From positions 3,657 to 67,656 of the forward strand of contig CAYOQL010000006.1 of the NCBI GenBank assembly GCA_964406085.1: a stretch of 64,000 nucleotides of DNA. Reading direction: 5' to 3'. Of the stretch, positions 58,770 through 64,000 are shown piece by piece (the first letter of the stretch is position 1; each line of letters opens with the position of its first letter). Source of the DNA: an uncultured Herminiimonas sp. (GTDB taxonomy: Bacteria; Pseudomonadota; Gammaproteobacteria; Burkholderiales; Burkholderiaceae_D). The notes below the pieces were generated by a model that made no database searches, had not been told where the DNA came from, and was given only the letters and a program-made list of their open reading frames with translations. The position numbers and the translations under genes are program-made.

Positions 58770-61499
58770 GTGCAACATCTTTCAAAACCAACGGCTTTAG
58801 GTAAATTCTTTACATCGACTACCGACTGGACTCTTACATTCGACGAAAATCGCTTTGTTGTACAGACAAAGGGAAAGAAGCTGGAGGGGGCAACCCTTCT
58901 CCTTGAAAATCTTCGCGTTAAGCGGGGAATTTTATGGTCAACCATCATTATTCCTATTCAAGGCCAGCAAGAAATCCCGCTGGGCGGTCTTTCTAATAGC
59001 GCAGCAAAGAAACTGTTAGCTGAAATCACTACCGTTACTAATACAGTTCGTTATCGGATGAGAGTCGCGGCTCTTATTCAGGATTTCAGTAATGCGATTA
59101 AGCCAGTCGTTGACTGGTCGAGCAAAGCTTTGGCCTCGTGCAAAGTCCAACTGAAAGTTAAGGGTTGGCTCACGCATGAATTTAAGCTGGAGTTAAACAG
59201 CGTAAAGCCGACGGAACTTGCAAGCCTCTTGTCTGAACCTGAAGTTAGGCAGCATCTTATAAAACAGCCGAAAACGACACAGGATGCAGTAAATTTTTGG
59301 ACCCAAAACTTCGATGTTATTGCTGATGGCTTCAATGAGCTTCACGTAACTAAGCAGAAAGAAATACTTAAAGACTTCTTCGATAAAGTTGAAAAATCAC
59401 CACTCACAGAAGAACAACTAAAGGCGGTGGTGTGCTTTGACAATCGTCTATTGTTGGTCGCATCAGCAGGGTCCGGCAAGACCTCCACAATGGTTGCCAA
59501 GGCGGCATACGCCCTTAAGCAAGGCTACTTCGCCCCTGAACAGATGTTGTTGCTGGCATTTAATAACGATGCCGCTGCTGAGTTGCGAGAGCGCATTAAA
59601 GCCAGACTAGTGCCACTGGGTCTGCCAGCCGAGAAAGTCGTTGCTAAAACATTTCATGCCTTTGGTCTTGACATCATTGGCGTAGCTACGGGAAAACGTC
59701 CATCGTTAGCTCCGTGGGTCGAGAACGGCAGGGACATTGAAACGCTACTCGGCATTGTTGATGAGCTTAAAGACAAAGATGCGGCTTTCCGAACAAATTG
59801 GGATATGTTTCGAATAGTTATTGGCCAGGACTTACCCAAGTTTGGTAGAGAAAATGATTCGCCAGATTCATGGAATAAAGAGACGAGTACCGGCGGATTT
59901 TGGTCCCTTAATAATGACGTTGTAAAAAGTAGAGGTGAGCTTCTGATAGCCAACTGGCTTTTCTACAATGGCGTTAATTATAAGTATGAAGCGCCTTACC
60001 AGCATGACACGGCCGACTCCGCGTATAGACAATACAAACCTGATTTCTATTTCCCCGACATCGATGCGTATCTTGAGCATTGGGCGGTAGACGAAAACGG
60101 GCAGCCTCCGAAAGAGTTCGTTGGATACAAAGAAGGGATGGCCTGGAAAAAGGAATTACACGCACGTAATGGCACTCGGCTCCTTGAGACCACGATGGCC
60201 GAATTATGGTCAGGCAAAGCATTCATTTATCTCGCGCAGGAGCTGCCTAAGCTGGGCATTACTTTGGACCCTAATCCGGAACGGCCGGTACCTGGCCGAA
60301 AGCCAATTGAAAATCCGCGACTAGCCAGAACGTTCCGTTCATTCCTCACACACGCCAAAAGTAATCGCCTGACGGCTGAGAACTTACGCGGTCGTTTAAA
60401 TGCTGGAATCGCCGGACAGTTCCGATTTCGGCATGCAATGTTCCTGAGCCTTTTTCAAAGAATATGGGATGGTTGGGAAGAAAAGCTCAAGGCGGAAAAA
60501 AGTATAGATTTCGACGATATGTTGAATCTGGCAAGCGATTGCGTGGCGCAAGGGCAATGGCATAGCCCGTTCGAATTAATCATGGTCGATGAATTCCAAG
60601 ATGCGAGTCAGGCCAGGGCTAGATTGGTATCGGAATTAGTTAAGGGGCCTGGTAAATGTTTATTTGCAGTGGGGGATGACTGGCAGAGCATTAACAGATT
60701 TGCCGGAGCTGATTTAGCAGTAATGACAGAATTTACTAAGACATTCGGACATGCAGTAACGATGAAATTGGAAACAACTTTCAGATGTCCTCAGTCCTTA
60801 TGTGACATCAGCAGTAATTTCGTTCAAAAAAATCCAAAACAAATCAAGAAAAAGGTTCGGGCATATGGCGCAGATGTTTCAGCGCCGGTACATGTCATGC
60901 GCGTTGATGATGAAAACAAAATCAGGTCTGCTCTTAGCCAACGTATAAACGAAATAATATCTACTACGGCAATTAGAGGTCGAAAAATTCAGATTTACAT
61001 CCTTGGTCGCTATAACAAGGAAAATATCTACGTACCTCCCATTTACGACATGGATAAGGCGAACGTGGAGTTTATGACTGTGCACTCTTCTAAGGGGCTT
61101 GAGGCAGATTACATTTTGCTGCCCCGTATGACGTCTGAAATACTTGGTTTTCCTAGCCGCATTGTGGATGACCCTGTTATGCAGTTGGCTATGCCTGGCG
61201 GGGATGATTTCGAGAGCGCTGAGGAAAGGCGTCTGTTCTATGTGGCGCTGACACGTGCTCGAGAAAATGTAACGCTAGTTACGCTTTTGCATAAGGAGTC
61301 GCCATTTATCGTAGAACTGGCTAGAGACTGCAAGCTTCAAATTCAAGATTTTGGAGCGCCTGTGAATCAGAGTATTCGGACGGAAGTTTGTCCGACGTGT
61401 CAGAAGGGGTTCTTAGTTGGAAAAAAAGGGAAGTATGGAAAGTTTCTAGGATGCAGTCAGTTTCCTCGATGTAGGCATACTCAAAAAACAATTCAATGA
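58770..61499 (+). CDS. Helicase IV (HelD)-like UvrD-family helicase with an inserted PD-(D/E)xK-like segment and a C-terminal topoisomerase-type zinc ribbon
   Basis: 909 aa. The N-terminal region and FFDKVEKSPLTEEQLKAVV...LLVASAGSGKTS...LLLAFNNDAAAELRERI run parallel to E. coli HelD as I recall it. VDEFQD and FYVALTRAR are also present. The insert is SRGELLIANWL...YKPDFYFP...AYLEHW. The tail is CPTCQKG...GCSQFPRC. Confidence 0.8.
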   Translation: MQHLSKPTALGKFFTSTTDWTLTFDENRFVVQTKGKKLEGATLLLENLRVKRGILWSTIIIPIQGQQEIPLGGLSNSAAKKLLAEITTVTNTVRYRMRVAALIQDFSNAIKPVVDWSSKALASCKVQLKVKGWLTHEFKLELNSVKPTELASLLSEPEVRQHLIKQPKTTQDAVNFWTQNFDVIADGFNELHVTKQKEILKDFFDKVEKSPLTEEQLKAVVCFDNRLLLVASAGSGKTSTMVAKAAYALKQGYFAPEQMLLLAFNNDAAAELRERIKARLVPLGLPAEKVVAKTFHAFGLDIIGVATGKRPSLAPWVENGRDIETLLGIVDELKDKDAAFRTNWDMFRIVIGQDLPKFGRENDSPDSWNKETSTGGFWSLNNDVVKSRGELLIANWLFYNGVNYKYEAPYQHDTADSAYRQYKPDFYFPDIDAYLEHWAVDENGQPPKEFVGYKEGMAWKKELHARNGTRLLETTMAELWSGKAFIYLAQELPKLGITLDPNPERPVPGRKPIENPRLARTFRSFLTHAKSNRLTAENLRGRLNAGIAGQFRFRHAMFLSLFQRIWDGWEEKLKAEKSIDFDDMLNLASDCVAQGQWHSPFELIMVDEFQDASQARARLVSELVKGPGKCLFAVGDDWQSINRFAGADLAVMTEFTKTFGHAVTMKLETTFRCPQSLCDISSNFVQKNPKQIKKKVRAYGADVSAPVHVMRVDDENKIRSALSQRINEIISTTAIRGRKIQIYILGRYNKENIYVPPIYDMDKANVEFMTVHSSKGLEADYILLPRMTSEILGFPSRIVDDPVMQLAMPGGDDFESAEERRLFYVALTRARENVTLVTLLHKESPFIVELARDCKLQIQDFGAPVNQSIRTEVCPTCQKGFLVGKKGKYGKFLGCSQFPRCRHTQKTIQ

Positions 61500-61555
61500 A
61501 ATGCATACTCAGGCTATTGGCTAGAGTAATAAAGGCGGCGTTGCTAGTTGGGCGC

Positions 61556-61572
61556 ATCCCATAAATATGGGA
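61556..61572. promoter_or_regulatory. ATCCCATA-AA-TATGGGA palindrome, copy 4
   Basis: 12 bp upstream of the TTG start of the DUF4297-like gene. Confidence 0.55.
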
Positions 61573-61583
61573 GCCTGTAAAAA

Positions 61584-62807
61584 TTGCAATCGAGTACTAT
61601 CTTGCAACGATTGCATACACTACGACCTGTGAAACTTAAAAATACGCAACTTACTTTAAATGAGTTGTTAGCAGACATACCTGTTGATGACAATTCAGGA
61701 CAAATCGCCATACAAGGGTTTGAGTATCAGCATTGGTATGCGACATTGCTAATCACTGAGCTTCTTGCATTAGACGAGGACTTCGCCATTGGTGTGGAAG
61801 TTAAGGAGGATATTTGTGTTATCGATTCCGCCGATGCTCCTACCAAGGTTAAATTTGTTCAAGTCAAAACAAATGAAAAATCTGTTGCTTGGACCTTCAA
61901 TGCCCTTCATGCGAAAGGCAAAAAGCTGAAGGACGGTACGCATGCGCCATCAATCCTGTCAAAGTTGTTTCGGCGGCGTATTGATTTTGATGGGCATGAC
62001 AATGAACTGTGGTTTGTGACGAATTCAAGTATCAAAGTCTCTGATACAGAGATGATGACGACCGTTCACGACATGCCTCTCAACAATTTGGAGGTGGCGC
62101 AGCAAGCTGCTTTACGTAAGTCATTGGCTACCGAGTTAATGGTTGATGAATCAATGATTGATTTATCGAACGCTCGCCTCCACACATCTCATCTTCCATT
62201 AGGAAATCAAAAGTTTTATATAAGTGGAAAACTTAGCGCCTTGGTTGAAGAGGGGCATTTGGATATCGAAATATCCAAACCATCTGTGGCCGCAACTTTA
62301 CTTGCTTCTGAAGTTCGGTCGAAAGCAGCTAATACGGGACATTCGAAAAATTTCGAAGACCTAAAGGCAAGTCGATTAATAACCAGAAACAATGTTTTAC
62401 AGACCTTGTTGCAACTAGCAAACCATAAGTCTATTGCTACTGTTTTCAATGACGCACTGCAAGAGCTTAAAACGGAAGCGTTCAACTATCCGTTACGAAA
62501 AAAAATGCAGGCAGAAAAAAATCGTATTCTTCTCGCTGCCTCGGACAGAACAAACGATGAGTTCAAACGCCAGATAGAAACGCTTTCTAAGTGTTATTCA
62601 ATAATTCAATCAAGCCATTCCCACGACTGTAAAAGCTTTGGGGATTTAATTAAGGCAGTCTCCGATAAAGCCATGACTGAACAATCCGACGTTTTCTCAA
62701 CGGTAGAAATGCCCTATCTATATGCACTCACAATGGTGGTAATACATGGAATCGAAATCGACGTACTCAATATTGCGCCTTGTGCGCAATCTAAGGACGC
62801 GCAATGA
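61584..62807 (+). CDS. DUF4297/Cap4-type nuclease domain protein (LmuA-like)
   Basis: 407 aa. IQGFEYQHWY, VEVKEDICVID and VKFVQVKT fit the DUF4297 PD-(D/E)xK N-terminal pattern. The TTG start is uncertain. Confidence 0.6.
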   Translation: MQSSTILQRLHTLRPVKLKNTQLTLNELLADIPVDDNSGQIAIQGFEYQHWYATLLITELLALDEDFAIGVEVKEDICVIDSADAPTKVKFVQVKTNEKSVAWTFNALHAKGKKLKDGTHAPSILSKLFRRRIDFDGHDNELWFVTNSSIKVSDTEMMTTVHDMPLNNLEVAQQAALRKSLATELMVDESMIDLSNARLHTSHLPLGNQKFYISGKLSALVEEGHLDIEISKPSVAATLLASEVRSKAANTGHSKNFEDLKASRLITRNNVLQTLLQLANHKSIATVFNDALQELKTEAFNYPLRKKMQAEKNRILLAASDRTNDEFKRQIETLSKCYSIIQSSHSHDCKSFGDLIKAVSDKAMTEQSDVFSTVEMPYLYALTMVVIHGIEIDVLNIAPCAQSKDAQ

Positions 62808-64000
62808 CTCGGCGCGTGACCTTCAAAACTCTTTGGCTCGTATCCGCAGTGGAACAGAAAGCAAAGAAGCAAACATTCTCCAGCGGAAAAACGATTCTTC
62901 ACGGGAAGAACGGGACAGGTAAATCTCGAATTATCAAGAATTTATTTTGGACTTTAGGCTGTAGTCCTGCAAAGCATATGCCGCCAGGTTGGGACCCGGA
63001 TACCATTGGCGCGCTCGAATTCACCTTTGATGGCAAAACGTTTGTCGTGGTACGAAAGGCGAAAACATTAGGCCTATTTGACGACCAAGGGTTACTCATT
63101 GAAGCAGTCGATAACTTAACTGCCTGGGATAGGTTTATTGCTCATAAATTTGGATACATGTTGATGCTGCAACGGCCAGGAACCACAAAACAAAGTAGTG
63201 CTGGTATAGATTATCTGACATTGCCCTTTTACATTGACCAAGACGGAAGCTGGGGCGAGCACTGGGATACATACACTAACCTTGCTCAATTTTCAAAATG
63301 GCAAAAACCAGTATTTGAGGCGTTCATTGGTCTACGGCCCAATGCCTATTTCACGGCTTATCAGAAGTGCCAGCTCGTGCGCAGCCAACGAACTGAGCTA
63401 CAAAAGCAACTCAACACGGAAGCCAATGCTTTTCAGCGCGTGCGAGAACTTCTGCCAAAGAATGTGCCGGTGATTGACTCGGAAACTTTTGAGCAAGATT
63501 TGGTGGGTCTTGGTTTGGAAGCAAAGTCATTGCAGTCAAAGCAAAATGAACTTCGCGCGCGAGTAATCACTGCAACTGGAATGAAAGAGAAGGTGATTGC
63601 TGAGCTAGCTTTGGCGACATCTTCTCTGAAAGAAGTTTCAGATGACCTTGGCTACCTTAGTGGGATTGATGATGCTCTGGAATGCCCGACATGCGGAACC
63701 GTGCATACGGAGTCCTTTCATGGAAGATTAAACTTAGCTCAAGATGTGGATGCCTTGGTGGCGTTAATCGCTGAGCTTCAGAATGAAAAAGGAAAAATTA
63801 CTTTTCAGTTGCAAAAGCTTAAGACTGAATATGTAGAAGTTGTTGGATATATTCAGGCACTCAACGAACGAATGACTGCGGTGCAGTCGAATCTTAAGGC
63901 CGAGAAACTTCTATTCGAAGCTCATAGCGTTCAGACTCTGCACAATGCATTTGCAGCAGTCACTGCCGACTTAGTTAAAGACATTGCTGAGCTTGAGTAT
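62803..64000 (+). CDS. SMC/ABC-like ATPase with coiled coil and CxxC hook-like motif (LmuB-like); 3' end outside window and absent from the ORF track
   Basis: My translation from the ATG at 62803 (ATGA overlap with the previous gene) stays open to base 64000. It reads MTRRVTFKTLWL...ILHGKNGTGKSRIIKNLFWTLGC (Walker A), then long heptad-like QKQL/ELQ segments and ECPTCGTVH. Confidence 0.65.

Larger units (their letters stand above)
40959..64000. mobile_element. Composite genomic/defence island inserted in comM (right end outside window)
   Basis: There is an abrupt by-eye drop in GC and codon style at the comM break. The region contains Tn7-like transposition genes, a tyrosine integrase and several defence-type genes. 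Confidence 0.75.

Overview
All family assignments come from reading the translated ORFs and raw sequence by eye; no searches were run.

The window looks like a beta-proteobacterial chromosome segment. Gene content and order suggest Burkholderiales, possibly Oxalobacteraceae, but this is inference only.

**Core region, 1 to about 40.5 kb.** This is ordinary GC-rich core genome:
- bioA(partial)-bioF-bioD-bioB and an HMG-CoA lyase
- a TRAP transporter operon (dctPQM type)
- small conserved genes (GNAT, YnfA, DUF1289)
- an Ada/AlkA fusion plus ogt
- a LysR/NmrA divergent pair
- topB-smg-dprA-LysM opposite def-fmt
- metH
- a NtrY/NtrX-like two-component pair with DUF4390 and rsmB
- xni

**Island, about 40,958 to the window end.** At about 40,958 the Mg-chelatase-like competence gene comM is cut, and only its 3' third remains. 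Everything to the right (at least 23 kb) is visibly more AT-rich and reads as a composite mobile/defence island with three parts:
1. 41-49 kb: single-gene cassettes and a Gabija pair. The genes are an XRE regulator, a HAD-like protein, a PIN-like DUF4935 protein, a TIR protein, a YHYH micro-ORF, a TIR-TM protein, and gajB-gajA.
2. 49.1-56.7 kb: a Tn6022/Tn7-like transposition module (xre, tnsA-like, tnsB, tnsC/tniB, two TniQ paralogs).
3. 57.3-64 kb: 12-bp periodic repeats, a tyrosine integrase, a helicase IV-like protein with extra nuclease-like and zinc-ribbon modules, and a Lamassu-like pair. The pair is a DUF4297 nuclease plus an SMC/ABC-like ATPase ORF that runs off the window edge and is missing from the ORF track.

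**Best candidates for something undescribed:**
- the orphan TIR/TIR-TM/PIN-like cassette array, which has no recognisable Thoeris ThsA
- two short DNA motifs (a 13-mer hairpin remnant and an ATCCCATA-NN-TATGGGAT palindrome) that recur between island genes

No rRNA, tRNA or CRISPR array was seen.
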